NCBI GenBank assembly: GCA_951406725.2
Contig: OX597830.1
Coordinates: forward strand, 806,001-870,000
Reading direction: 5' to 3'
DNA: 64,000 nucleotides
Source of the DNA: Octopus vulgaris
Lineage: Eukaryota
Under the pieces are notes generated by a model. The model was not told the DNA's origin. It did not search any database and worked only from the letters and a program-made list of their open reading frames with translations. A program made the position numbers and the translations under genes. Shown here piece after piece: positions 1 through 11,807 of this stretch (position 1 is its first letter; each line of letters starts with the position of its first letter).

Positions 1-213
1 GTGCCTATATGAACGCATGTGCGTGTATGTATATACGTACGTATGCGCGTCGGTTCATGTACCCAACTACATGCGCCTTTTTCCATATATATCTGTAAAT
101 GTTTACACGAGAGTACGTATGTATGCTTGTATGCGTGTGGTTGCGTATGCGTGCGTATATGTACGCGTGTATATGTGTGTATGTATCCATGCGTGTACGT
201 ATGTACATGCTGA

Positions 214-1103
214 CCACTTGACACGTTACGAGGAACTAGATAGGCAGTTTAACAAGACAACTCTAATTTACAATACATTAGGTCCCCAGACGCCCCGGTT
301 GATTTATGACACCCACGGCTTCTACGACCAGAATTTGTCATTTTCCTGACCACCATGTTGGTCCGTAACAACTTTATATCCCTTATCCTTATATTCTTAT
401 ATCCTTTATATTTATGATAATTTTTTAAATATTTTTTATAACTTTATATCTTTATATTCATTTATACTTTTTTATATCTCTTTATATCTTTATACTCTAT
501 ATTTTTATATTTCTATACTTATATTCTTATCTTTCACATTTTTAAATTTTTTTATCCTTCGTCCTGAATTCTCGCCCCTCCATCTTTATCCCTATTTACT
601 CTTATTACCAGGTTCCTTCACGTCTGTTTGTATTTATATATGTATATTTTTATTTATTCACTTATTTATATTACCTCAACATCCAAACTTCCTCATTCTA
701 CATTGAGAGAAGGACGAGTTGGACGCTTCATTTTTGTGCTGTTGCCGCATTATGTCGTATGCGAATGAGAGGATTTGCATCCCCAACGTAGAATTTTTGA
801 TGTAATACATGTCCTTGAGGTAGTAATTGTGCGCGGCTGAAGAAGGCCATAGACACACATTATGCATTGTTATAAACCCGTCTAATTTAGGCCCGAAACA
901 TATGTACCGCTGAATCCTTGGCATCGTGTTTTTATTTTGATTAATTTACTCCACCACCTACACCACCAAACGGTATATACAGGTGCTTACAATTATCAAG
1001 TACTCACCCTGAATTTCTGTACCCAACTCACCTACGTTGTCACCTGGATTGAATCCTACATAACCGCGACAACCTTTAGTACTTGACGAACCCAAACATC
1101 AAG

Positions 1104-1105
<2 letters not shown>
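214..1105 (+). mobile_element. Penelope-like element 3'/pseudo-LTR remnant containing a hammerhead motif
   Basis: Non-coding block between (TATG/TA)n tracts. It has a degenerate ATATCTTT repeat (370-560) and a well-formed type-I hammerhead at 833-910, as typical of PLE pLTRs. Boundaries are approximate. Confidence 0.55.
833..910 (+). ncRNA. Type-I hammerhead ribozyme (minimal PLE-type)
   Basis: GCGG-CTGAAGA-aGGCC...GGCCc-GAAAC-ATAT-GTA-CCGC. Stem I is GCGG/CCGC, the core is CUGANGA...GAAA, stem II is GGCC/GGCC, stem III is short with palindromic loop ATAT, and the cleavage triplet is GUA. Confidence 0.8.
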
Positions 1106-1150
<45 letters not shown>

Positions 1151-1169
1151 TGTATGTATGTATGTATGT

Positions 1170-1560
1170 ATAAACTATGAAACGTGAAGGAATATGACGA
1201 TTGAATATATTGATTTAACCACTTAATATCCTTTGGGTTACAACCGTTTCCCAGCCATTTTTATGTAACAATGGTTTCAGTAAGGAACAAAATTATGTTT
1301 ACACGTTTGCATTGATATGCATTCTGCAATTGGGTTGTATATGTGCATATCAGGGCAGAAAGCTATTTTATCATATCCCGAGAGCATCATGTTTATAACA
1401 ATGATTCAACTCTAAGTAAATGTACAATTTCTTTTCTTTTTTATGTATAGTTTGTATGGAAGCCCGAAATTAGCTATGTTTGGCCAGCAAAAATAAAGAT
1501 ATGATTTTTCCTATCAATTAAGGTGCAAGATAAAAGTTCAATGAGTCAACCATCCTTAAT
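1170..1560 (-). mobile_element. Highly degraded PLE 3' end/pLTR remnant
   Basis: Minus strand has GAAACGGTTGTA (hammerhead stem III-like, about 1239-1250) but no intact CUGANGA. It lies next to (TATG)n. Confidence 0.3.
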
Positions 1561-2454
1561 ATTGAAAAAAAAATTCCCGGAGTGTAAATCGAGTTTTACG
1601 TTCTGGCGATCTGATGCGCTAACTTTCATACTTTCCATTGATGTGTGAATATACAATTGTATCGTATAATGTGGGACATGCATATAATGCTAATATGTAA
1701 GTGTAATTACCACCTTCTCACATTTTATGGTTTATTTACTTCTCAGGAAATCATTTCATTGAGTGTATCTTCTGGATGACAGCTGCTTGGAAACCCTATA
1801 TTACACATTCGATCGGTATGTGGTCTGATAGCCGAAACCGCAAGAGGAGATTGTCACACGATTCCTGAATCCATATCTTATACTTCAAATTTACATACCA
1901 TACGTGGACAAAAATGGGTGCATGGTGTACATAGTTACATACATAATACATACATATATACATACATACATGTATACGTACATACACACACATATATATA
2001 ATACATGCATAAGTACATACATACACATGTATATATAAGGAACTCTTCCGTCGTTAGACAACGTATGAGAATTCGGCTGTTTCTTGCCGAACGGGCGTGA
2101 TTTCTTTTTATGCGCGTGAGTTTTTGAATTTTTTTGTTTCTTTCAAGTGTGTAATCTATTTTGGACATTTAAAGTCTTTATAACTGAACCTGCTTGTCTC
2201 CCCCTTTATAAACATAACGACACAGGACATGTGTCAAGGCCGACAGGAAGTGTTGATGCTTCCTAGGGCTAAATAGCGGTGGTGTGATTCCCTTCATGGG
2301 ACTGTCACATTAAGTTGACAGCATACAACTCCTATATATATATATATACACACACACAAACACGAGGGCGTAGGCAGAGAAAACCGGAATTTTCCAATAT
2401 CATTTTACTCAGCTTTACATGTTTACACTTATATCGCCTTCTGAGTATTCTCCA

Positions 2455-2538
2455 TTTGAAGCAATGCTGGGTCTGGGAATCGAACACACGATCTCACAAT
2501 CCTGAGTGCAACATCCGAACCACAAAGCCATGTACCTT

Positions 2539-2540
<2 letters not shown>
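2455..2540 (-). mobile_element. tRNA-like SINE head fragment
   Basis: Minus strand reads ...ggctttgtggttcggatgttgcactcaggattgtgagatcgtgtGTTCGATTCCc, with A-box/B-box-like motifs. Confidence 0.55.
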
Positions 2541-2585
<45 letters not shown>

Positions 2586-2719
2586 ACACACATGCATATA
2601 TATGTTCTTATAACAGCCTAATATTTCGTACATACAATGACAACTGAAAACATCTTTAAAACTCTTTATAGAAATATTCCCATAAATATAATACTGCATA
2701 ATATAAAAGGACGCATTTT

Positions 2720-3288
2720 CTACTATTCGAAGCAGAGCTGGAACTCCTGCGAAGTGATGCTTTTTACAAATTTTGCTGCAACTCTTTTCTTTTACAATTC
2801 ATCGCTCAAAAATTCGTTAGTAGGATCCCCAGGACAGACAGTCATATCATGTTCATCAATTGTTCCGTGACGGTCCTCCAAGATCAGTTAATGACTTTTC
2901 ATTCGCTAGGGAGGGAGGCGGGGTCATCGGTCGTCCCGAACGATGTTCGTCTTCAAACAACATGTAGCCATTCCTATAGCGTAGAAACCACTCGTAAATA
3001 TATGTTTTGCCCATGGCAGCATCCTTGAAAGCTGTTTGAAGCATGGCAACTGTTTGGGTCTCCGTTTTTCCCAACAGAAGCACGTTGTACTTTCATTTCA
3101 GCCAACGCAAAATGCGACAAACTGGGTTAAAAGCACAGCAAAACAAAGACTCATGCCATCAGATAAGGACGCCGCTCGGTAGACTGATGCCTGAGGGTTG
3201 CATCAAGTGATTTTCTGCGATGAAAGCCTGAATTACAACGGGCGTTTCCCACAATGAATGTTTCCCGTTACTTTTGGTTACCCCCTCG
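2720..3288 (-). mobile_element. Mariner-family transposon 5' fragment (TIR plus N-terminal HTH of transposase, decayed)
   Basis: Terminus TA|CGAGGGGGTAACCAAAAGTAAC. Translation LLGKTETQTVAMLQTAFKDAAMGKTYIYEWFLRYRNG..EDEHRSGRP matches the mariner HTH region (W..RF..G...EDE.RSGRP). A VAAKFV-like remnant lies near 2765-2780. Confidence 0.85.
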
Positions 3289-4015
3289 TATACATACATA
3301 TACACACACACATACATATATATACACACGCATACATATGCACACAGAGTGAGATTGAGCAATTTGTTAGAGATATATAGATACATACATACATAGATAA
3401 ATGGATAGGTACACTATATCCAACACCAAGACATAAATGCGATTTTATATATTTGTGTATATATTTGTGTGTGCTCTGCGTGTGTGAGAAACCACTCCCC
3501 CTATTTCTAGAATTGGGAATCAAGATTTATTGAGCAAACCACTTTCTTTTCGAATAGAAAATCATGTTCTAATATTTCCAAACCGTTCAAACCTAATTTT
3601 ATTAAGAAAGGATGGGGCTTCATTTCCCCATCTTCTTCTCCACCTTCTTCATTTACTTCGTCTTCGTCATCTTCCTCATATCTATTTTCTTTGTCAGTAT
3701 ACATCAAGTTAGAATGTTCTACAAGAATTTTTTGCAGGAAGTCAATTAGAGAATATGGTTGCCAATAAAAGTTTTGTGAAAAGATGTCATGGTGCCAGTG
3801 GATCAGATGTATGACTTCCTTCATTTCAAATTATTGCAGTTTTAAATCTTGGAATACAACCGTTTGGCACTCACCTATTGAAACTACACACGTGTCGTTA
3901 CTTTCTTTTTGTTGTTGTTGTTGCAAATAACTTGCTGCCAGTATAACTGAATGATTTCTGAGATAAAAACAATATCAAAACAGCAACAGGGACAACAACA
4001 ACATTAATAATAATG

Positions 4016-4058
<43 letters not shown>

Positions 4059-4163
4059 CTGTGAAGTTGCGTGTGTAATCTGGGAATCCATACAATGATC
4101 TTCTTTGCCCTAGGTGTACGGAAAACACTCGGCGAGAAACGGAAGAAAATTTGAAGAAAGGAC

Positions 4164-4205
<42 letters not shown>

Positions 4206-4206
4206 G

Positions 4207-4398
4207 CCCTTCCACTACTGTAGACACAAGGAAGGTCTGAAATTTGAGCGGTGGGGACACATCGACACTGGCACTAAATTTATCGACTCCGAAATGATGA
4301 AAGACAAAATGGATCTCGGCGGAATTTGAAGATAGAACGAAAAGACGGAAGAAATGCCGCTAAGAATTTTGCCCAGCATGGTAATGCTTCTGCCAAAC
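4207..4398 (-). mobile_element. SINE family A (degenerate copy)
   Basis: Diverged match to the 18120-18332 copy (…catcatttcggagtcgataaatt…), next to (AAT)n. Confidence 0.65.
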
Positions 4399-5168
4399 AG
4401 CATCAACAACACCAACCACAACTTCAGCAACAATTGTCCGGGTTATATCAGCAAATATCACAAGAGGATTCACCACTGGAAGTAGCATGGGAGTCAAAAA
4501 TGCCCTCCACAGGAATACATTCCACGAAATCGAGTCATTCATATTAACATTATGAAACAAAGTAAATTGAAATTCAAAGGCAGAAATATCGGCAACGATA
4601 CGAAATACAAGCAACGGCAGCAACACTGCCATCAGCCATAATGGCAAAGCCAACAGGATTGTTTGGAAGTATTTGATATTTGTTAACAAACCATCTCTGT
4701 TTCCACAGAGAACTGAAATATGTTACGCTAAATTTAAATATGATTTAATAATGTACTGTGAGTTTTACAGACTGGAATCCAGTTGAGCACTTGACATTTC
4801 GTGTATATAGGCATTCTTCACGTTTTTAATTTCCAATATGATGGTATTTATAACTAATATTGTGAATGGGAAATGTTTATTTAAAGATAGTATTGCTCTG
4901 AAGATCTTTTTTTTCTTTCTAAGACGAGAAAAACAAAGTAATCTACATTTCGGACAATATGCCTTCTATCAATAGAACATTATGTTGAACAAACTGTTAG
5001 ACAAAAAAAATGCCAATGTATAAAATCATCTCTGCGATAAACAAATGATATGTATATATATATATATATAACGGGAAGCTTTATGAAAATAGACAAAAGA
5101 CGAAGGCAGGTGGAAAACAAACAAACAATTGTATTAGTATGGCGCTCAGGAAATATAAATAAAACAAG

Positions 5169-5206
5169 TCTTTAACGTTTCGAGCCTACGCTCTTCAGCA
5201 GAAAGA
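5169..5206 (-). ncRNA. Minimal hammerhead-like motif in the PLE pLTR
   Basis: Minus strand TCTTT-CTGCTGAAGAG-CGTAGG-CTC-GAAACGTT-AAAGA. Stem I is TCTTT/AAAGA, stem II is GAG/CTC, and stem III is palindromic AACGTT (would need a dimer). The core is non-canonical (CUGCUGA, or shifted CUGAAGA). Confidence 0.6.
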
Positions 5207-5394
5207 TACACAGAGAGAAAAAAACACAGAAAGAAGGAGAGAAAAAAAAATGCGTGCAGTAACTAACGAACCAACATGGCGATCTGATTTCGGCCAGAGG
5301 TCAAAGATCAAACATGAGACGCGAGAGCGAAATAAGGGGAGATAATAGGGTTGATAATAGGGTTGAGTGACCCTAGGATAGGTCTGGACAGGCG

Positions 5395-5567
5395 TATGTA
5401 TTAGTATGTATTAGTATGTATTAGTACGTATTAGTATGTATAAGTGTGTGTGTGTGTGTGTATGAGAGAGTATAAGTGCGTATGAGGGGTCTGGACGTGT
5501 GTATGTATAGGGTTGGTGTATGTATTAGTATGTATTAGTATGTATTAGTTGGTGTATGTATTAGTAT
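5395..5567. repeat. (TGTATTAGTA)n 10-bp tandem repeat, interrupted, inside the PLE 3' region
   Basis: Repeated tgtattagta units at 5397-5440 and 5521-5567. Confidence 0.85.
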
Positions 5568-5611
5568 GGCACATCAAATATGATGTGATGTGTAAAGTCG
5601 TGTGGTGTAGT

Positions 5612-5890
5612 GAGGAGAAGAGGGGGAGAAGGGGGAGAAAGGGGGGGAGAAGAGGGGGAGGGGAAGAGGAGAGGAGGGGAGAATGGAGGGGAGGAGGAGG
5701 GGGAAAGAGGGGGAGGGGGAGAGAGAAGGGGAGTGAGGGAGCAGAGGGAAGAGGGAAGGAGGGAGGGAGAATGAGGGAAGAAGGGAAGGGGAGTAGGGGT
5801 GAAAGGATGAAGGACTGAAGAAGTAGGGGTCGGGGGGAAGGATAGGTGAGGAGGGGGGAGAGGGGGGTTAGATGAGGAGGGGGGAGAGTT
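5612..5890 (+). repeat. G/A-rich purine tract (G-quadruplex/triplex-prone)
   Basis: Nearly pure purine with many GGG+ runs. It forms the PLE 3' UTR on the opposite strand. Confidence 0.8.
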
Positions 5891-7340
5891 GAGACCAAAT
5901 GGCGTATAAGAGCGAAGAGAGAAGATTAATTCCTGTTCACGGCGCAAACGGGAATCCGGATGGCCTCTGTGTAAGGACAAACCGAACACAGATAGGTGTT
6001 GCAAGGAGTGACCGGTGGAGCGGAAATGGCGTGAGACTGGTGTGTCGTTCGCAAGGTGGATGTCACGAAGGTGTTCCGCGAACCGGTCAGCCAAGCGGCG
6101 TCCCGTTTGTCCGATGTACAAGGAATTGCAGAGAGCGCAAGAGACGCAATAGATAATATTGCTGGAGGTGCAGGTGAAGGAGTGGATGATGGGATAGGGT
6201 CGATGGTGGGTGCTAGTGAGGCGGGTGGTGTTGGAGAGGTAAGGGCAAGTGCGGCAACGTGGGCGGGAGCAGGGGAACGAGCGGGGTTGGGAGGTAGGGT
6301 CAGGGAAGGAGCTATGGACCAAAAGGTATCGAAGGTTGTGTGCTCGTTTGAAAGAGGGGAGGGGTCGGTTAGGGAAGAGGTGTGAAGTGGACGGGTCGGA
6401 CTGGAGATGACGGAAAAGGGTCGTGGGGTGGTAAGTGAGGGGAAACGGGAGGCGGGAGACTACAGGGCGGGTTCGGGGAGAGAGAGCAGATACACGGTCC
6501 ACGGACCGTGCTCTGGCAAGGGCGGTGTGGATAGTGGTGAGGGGGTATCCACGTAGGGTGAAGTGGTGAGCCATACGTTGAGACTGAGTCTCAAAGTCAT
6601 GGTCGTCACTACAGAGCCTACGTAGACGGAGGAATTGGGAATAGGGGATGGAAAGCTTGGTGTGTTCTGGGTGGGAGGAAGAGAAGTTGAGGTATGAGTG
6701 TGAGTCTGTGTGTTTGTAGTGAATGGAGGTGGTAAGAGTGGAGTGAAGAATGCTAACCGAAATGTCGAGGAAGGAGACAGAGGTGTTGGAGATAGTGGAA
6801 GTGAAGTGGAGGGCTGGATGGAAAGATTGGACGAAAGAGAGGAAGGAATCTAGATGTTCACGGGAGAGTGAGGTGGCACCGATAATGTCGTCAATGTAAC
6901 GACCATATAGTTCAGGAGTGGGACCAGTGAAATTAGAGAATATTTGGGCCTCAACATAGCCAACGAACAGGTTCGCATAGTTGGGGCCCATTCGCGTTCC
7001 CATGGCCACCTCCGAGACCTGATGGTAGAACTCGCCCGCGAACGAGAAGCAGTTCAGAGTAAGGACAAGTTCGGCCAGACGAATGAGTGTGGAGGTGTCA
7101 GGTACAGGGTTAGAGCGGAGGTCAAGAAAGTGTCGAAGGGCCTGCAGTCCTTCGTGGTGAGGGATAACAGTATAGAGGCTTTGGATGTCCATAGTAAAAA
7201 GGATTTTGGAGGAGCCGGGAGGAAAGGAGAAAGAGTTGAAAAGCCGGAGAGCATGGTTGGTATCGTGGATGTGGGAGGGAAGAGATGCCACTTGGGGGGC
7301 AAGGACACGGTCGAGGTATTTAGAGATGAGCTCCGTGGGG

Positions 7341-7342
<2 letters not shown>
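5868..7342 (-). CDS. PLE reverse transcriptase / GIY-YIG endonuclease (partial, N-terminus missing)
   Basis: RT motifs FTMDIQSLYT, VAMGTRMGPNYANLF, YGRYIDDI, FLDI, YKHTDSHSYL and SIPYSQFLRLRRLCS. Cys linker CSRPRCRTC. GIY-YIG motifs NIIYCVSC..C..LYIGQTGR.L..RF.EH and RLRREQELI…GLN. The track ORF extension to 7507 is microsatellite. The likely natural stop is TAA at 5868-5870, out of frame by one C in a C-run. Confidence 0.93.
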
Positions 7343-7402
<60 letters not shown>

Positions 7403-7465
7403 ATGTACAAACAAACACACATGCATACATGTGTGTGAGGAGAGATGCACACACAGATTGTTGCA

Positions 7466-7501
<36 letters not shown>

Positions 7502-7839
7502 AGACACGTGGCATGAACAGATGACTGCCAGGTCAAGCCCAACCTTTTGAAGTTGACAGATCCAACGGAGATTTTATTTCAAATGGATTATATTTAAAAT
7601 AATAAAATATGGGATCACAGTGGGGTATCGTAAAGAATCGTCCTGTTACTCCCTCTGTAGGAAAATAACTTCTTCATCCTTAAAAATTTCACAAGACCTC
7701 AAGCGCAAAACGCTAACAAATTCGGCCAAAATAAATAACCACCGACACTATAGATCAAACAATATAAACGTTTAACTGTAAATCAAGAAAAACGTACAAT
7801 ATATCTGTGAAGATGTTAGTCTTGAATTGTTCAAACTTT

Positions 7840-8110
7840 CTCCTAAATAAATTTAAGAACACAAAACAGCAGGACTTCAGATCAATACAGGTTTCACACC
7901 GTCCACCTCTTCATATGTGAAATGAAAGATACTGAATGTTAACATACACGTGAAGCTAGGATGTTCAGACCTTCCTACTCCATTTTATAGGTATACTCGT
8001 CTTCTACACATAGTCACTTGTACGTCTCTCTAAACGTCTGTTCTTCAGCACGGCGTATCATAAACTAATGTTTAACACATTCAGATTTATTAACGTTAAC
8101 ATACAAATGA
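7840..8110 (-). mobile_element. Degraded GIY-YIG-like PLE remnant
   Basis: Broken minus-strand translation ..EQTFRETYK*LCVRRRVY..EH.ASCV..FSIF resembles a YIGET..L..R..H region. Weak. Confidence 0.35.
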
Positions 8111-8774
8111 GGCGATGATATGCTGGTGTATGTGTATTTATTTAAGGCGGGAATTATCAGATTAAATACAGAAGTTGCTCCAGACAAAGCCAATGAAAGG
8201 TCATATATCCATGTTGAATTGGAAGCCAAGGGTATAACTCTATCGGAAGTTTCAAAGTGGCGCTAAAATGTAACCCTATTTCTAGAATCACAAATGAACA
8301 TTTGAGCAATCTAAGAGCTGGTTCCTTCCAAATTTCCTTCAAAGGAAAATCATTGTTTCAAGTGAAGCTGGATAATGTTGCTTGGTACTAATTTAATTGA
8401 AACAGATTGGAAATTAATAAGTTTGTAATTCATTCAAATAAAAAATGAAATATTCAACAAAATATCGAATAAATTAACTGTTGTTTTCGTGGTGGTCTAG
8501 TGGTGCAGATACTGATAATAGTGGTGGTAGTGATGCTAGTGGCATGCTGGTGGTGTCAGCGGTTGTAATGGTATGTTCATGGTGGTGGTTATGATGGTAG
8601 TTGTGTTTTGACAAGGAGTAATATTCACCATTCTTCGATGAAAAGATTCTGACTTTTAGCAATTATGTGTTTCCGAACAAGAATAGCCATCGAGAGAGAA
8701 GAAACCCTACCCTGCATAGAATTACATGGTTAATTCCAACGTGAACCCAACAAATTAAAAGGTCAGGAAGCATA

Positions 8775-9590
8775 ATGGGGGTGTCTCAACAAGGGTGACC
8801 TAAAACAGAATACTGAAAGATCAACACTTCATCGCTCCCCAGTATAAGGTCTTGAACACCAACTCACTGAAAAAGAATATATACCACACAAGTGCAACGT
8901 ACCTCTGCAGAATGTGTGGGAAAATGGTAAAAAGTGTGACTCACATTGTTAGTGTTTGTGCAAGTCTTGCGCAGAAAGAGTACAAGCGTAGAAACGACAA
9001 AGTAGTCCAAAACCTCTACTGGCTACTATACCATAAGTATGGGCATGAGGTTACGGGTGCTTGGTACCAAAATACACCGGAAAAGGTAATGGACGAAAAG
9101 GGGAAGGCAAAAGGTACTCTGGGACTTTGATTCCCAGACAGACAAAGTGTTAGATCACCGAAGGCCTGATATAGTAACCTTTAGGCGGGACAGACAAGCG
9201 GGCCTAATAATTTAAGTGGCAATGCCAGGAGATCAACACATCATGAAAGAAAGAGTAACAGTTGATAAATATGGAACCCCGAGAATTTAGTTTGCTTAGA
9301 TGTAACAGCTACGAGAGTCAAACAAGGGTTATCCCTATTGTCATCGGTGCATCGGGTTCGATACCACTCAATCTGAAAAATACAACTGAAAACCTTAGAA
9401 ATACCCCACAATCTATATGTGTTGCTAAAGTCGGCATTACTTGGAATTGCACGTATATTGCGTAGTGTCTATCTGAGATCCTTGTTGTGACCTGACAAAC
9501 AGTAAAGGCCCCCAGTAGAGACAACTTATTCAATGAACAACCACACGATATCGTATACTGTACGACGTCTGCAATAATAACAACAACAAC
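8775..9590 (+). mobile_element. R4/Dong-clade non-LTR retrotransposon 3' fragment (CCHC zinc knuckle plus restriction-like endonuclease), pseudogenised
   Basis: Motifs CRMCGKMVKSVTHIVSVC, KEYKRRNDKV, LWDF..QTDKVLDHRRPDIV, VIPIVIGA.GSIP and KSALLGIARILRSVL occur across frameshifts. The fragment ends in (AAT)n. Confidence 0.88.

Positions 9591-9682
<92 letters not shown>
9573..9682. repeat. (AAT)n microsatellite
   Basis: About 30 AAT units. Confidence 0.95.
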
Positions 9683-9684
<2 letters not shown>

Positions 9685-10258
9685 GCCCTGATGCAGTACC
9701 AGGTAAATGCCCTGATGCAGTACCAAGCAGTGGCTCTCATTGTTTCTCATCTTAATTGATTGGAAGTGTCCTCATGTACATTGTTTTGTCTTGGTATAAA
9801 GGATGGGCTACAGCAAATATTCTGCTCAATACCACAGATTTGATTGTCAGTTGTTTGACCTGAAACAGTTGAGCATGTCCCTTAGTGGCTGATGATATGT
9901 CCATCTCTGATCACGAGCAGAAGTAGTGGGGGTGCATCATAGCCATGTGTTGAGAGGGATTCTTTGGGGTTTGAATAATTCAACTCTGGAAACATGGGTG
10001 TTTCGTTCAACATCCTTAAACAACCCTTACTCAGGAACCTTTTGAGCAGGATGGGTTACCCAACCAGAAGAAAATTCTAACTGGGCCCCACCTACAAGGT
10101 CATGTGCTGTTTATCTTGATATGAGATCATCATGTCGCGCACATATGGTTGTGATGCATGTGCCTGGTGTACCCTTATGAGACAGGTAGTCATGATGGGT
10201 ATACTGGGCTTCGTATATCTTACCCCAGTGTCACTTTGATGGCATGCACTGCTCTCTC
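9682..10258. mobile_element. About 580-bp non-coding interspersed repeat inserted in (AAT)n (non-autonomous retroelement-like)
   Basis: Flanked by (AAT)n on both sides, with a tandem duplication of aaatgccctgatgcagtacca at the left end. Its right end recurs inverted at about 17965-18020 and its left part recurs inverted at about 27967-28001. Confidence 0.7.
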
Positions 10259-10350
10259 AATAATAATCATAATAATAAGTCTTCTTCCTCTCATCGTCAT
10301 CACCATCATTATCACCATTATTATCATTATTATTATTATTATCATTATCA

Positions 10351-10383
<33 letters not shown>

Positions 10384-10792
10384 GACACATTTAAGACGTC
10401 GATGGCGGTGAAACCATGTGAATAAACTAGATGAAGCAAATGACAAATGGATGACATTAATTATAATTTACTGGAATATTTCACTATGTTTGAAGAAGGG
10501 AACAAATATTAAACATGACACAAACTCCTTGATGAGAGAGAAGACGAATATCAGTAGAAGGAAATTACGGTTGGCGTGCAAAGATATTCGTGACAATAAG
10601 TTGACAACTTAGAAAACGAAATATAAACGAAATTAGAGATGACAATATAGAACTGATGGGTTGTTAAAATATAGGACGAGGTATGGAAGGCATAGTGTTA
10701 GAGACGAAAATAAATGCCTGGTTGCCAGAGCAACGACTAGAGGCGAAAATATTGTAATTATATGAAATGCTTCAAAAACATATATCTATTAT

Positions 10793-11085
10793 CTTTGATT
10801 TATTTCAGACAATGGACCGCGGCCATGCTGGGCCACCTCTCTGGGTAGGCTTCGTCGAACAAATCTATGCCATGACTTATTTTTTAATTTGTTGTTCTTT
10901 TGCTATCGTTTTTTTTTTGCCGAACTGCTTACTTAAAAGAGTAAATACTAATTGTCAAACGGTGGTAAAAGACAAATACAACACAGTCGCACGCAAACGC
11001 GGGTATATACTTATAGACAACAGGTTTGCGCACAGTGTCCGTCTTCCAAAGGCTGTAAATTACGGAGAAGAGCGACCACCTAGGT
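10793..11085 (-). mobile_element. SINE family B (degenerate, 5'-truncated)
   Basis: Diverged reverse complement of the 21683-22094 body and tail (gcggccatgctgg, ttttgccgaactgct, ccgtcttccaaa). Confidence 0.65.
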
Positions 11086-11156
11086 AACTTTATGAAATAG
11101 TTGTGATTATAAGTTAACTTTTTTCATAAATTGGAGACTGTATTATTATTATCAAA

Positions 11157-11217
<61 letters not shown>

Positions 11218-11759
11218 TTACTGGATGTATTAGAATCTAGTCACATCAATGAATAGGAGGCAAGTAATGGCTGGGTAACATTATACTGAATTACAACTTA
11301 TTGAAACCGTTTGCTGGTAGTTTACTGCAGGTACGATTTATACAACGAAGAAACTACACATAATCGTAGATCCGACACAGTGATGGTTTCAGGTGTGGCA
11401 TCATCATGTTGGTTGGTGATTAAGTCATCTTAAAAGTGTTGGTTTTCCTGTTTATATGTGCTTAAAATGTTACTTGAGGATGATGCAATTGTGCTCTAAT
11501 GAAATCTATGTATGCACCAACAAAATGCTACCGTAACAGCTACAGCAAATTTTAAATCCCGCTTATGTTATTCTCACACACACACACACACTCATATATA
11601 CGTACAGACCCCACACATTCTCACTCACAAACACACACCTATGTATATATATATATATATATATACAAAGTGCAGCTACATACATTTGTGGGTTTGCTCA
11701 AAGGTACACACACACATATAAGTACAGATCCCCCACACATTCTCACTCAGAAACACAAA

Positions 11760-11807
<48 letters not shown>

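Larger units (their letters stand above)
5071..7342 (-). mobile_element. Penelope-like retroelement, Neptune-like, 5'-truncated, inserted in (TA)n
   Basis: RT plus GIY-YIG ORF, then a pyrimidine-rich tract, a 10-mer tandem repeat and a pLTR with a hammerhead-like motif. (TA)n flanks both ends. Confidence 0.93.

Noticed and set aside
3507-3824. 105-aa acidic ORF
   Set aside because: The acidic stretch comes from a degenerate (GAA/GAT)n tract. No domain or splice support is visible.
5549-7550. + strand and alternative-frame ORFs overlapping the PLE
   Set aside because: They are shadows of the GC-rich PLE ORF and purine tract, with no independent motifs.
10195-10235. Twister-like ribozyme (AAGCCC in a stem-loop on the - strand)
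   Set aside because: I could not assemble P1/P2 or the two pseudoknots. Treated as a simple stem-loop.
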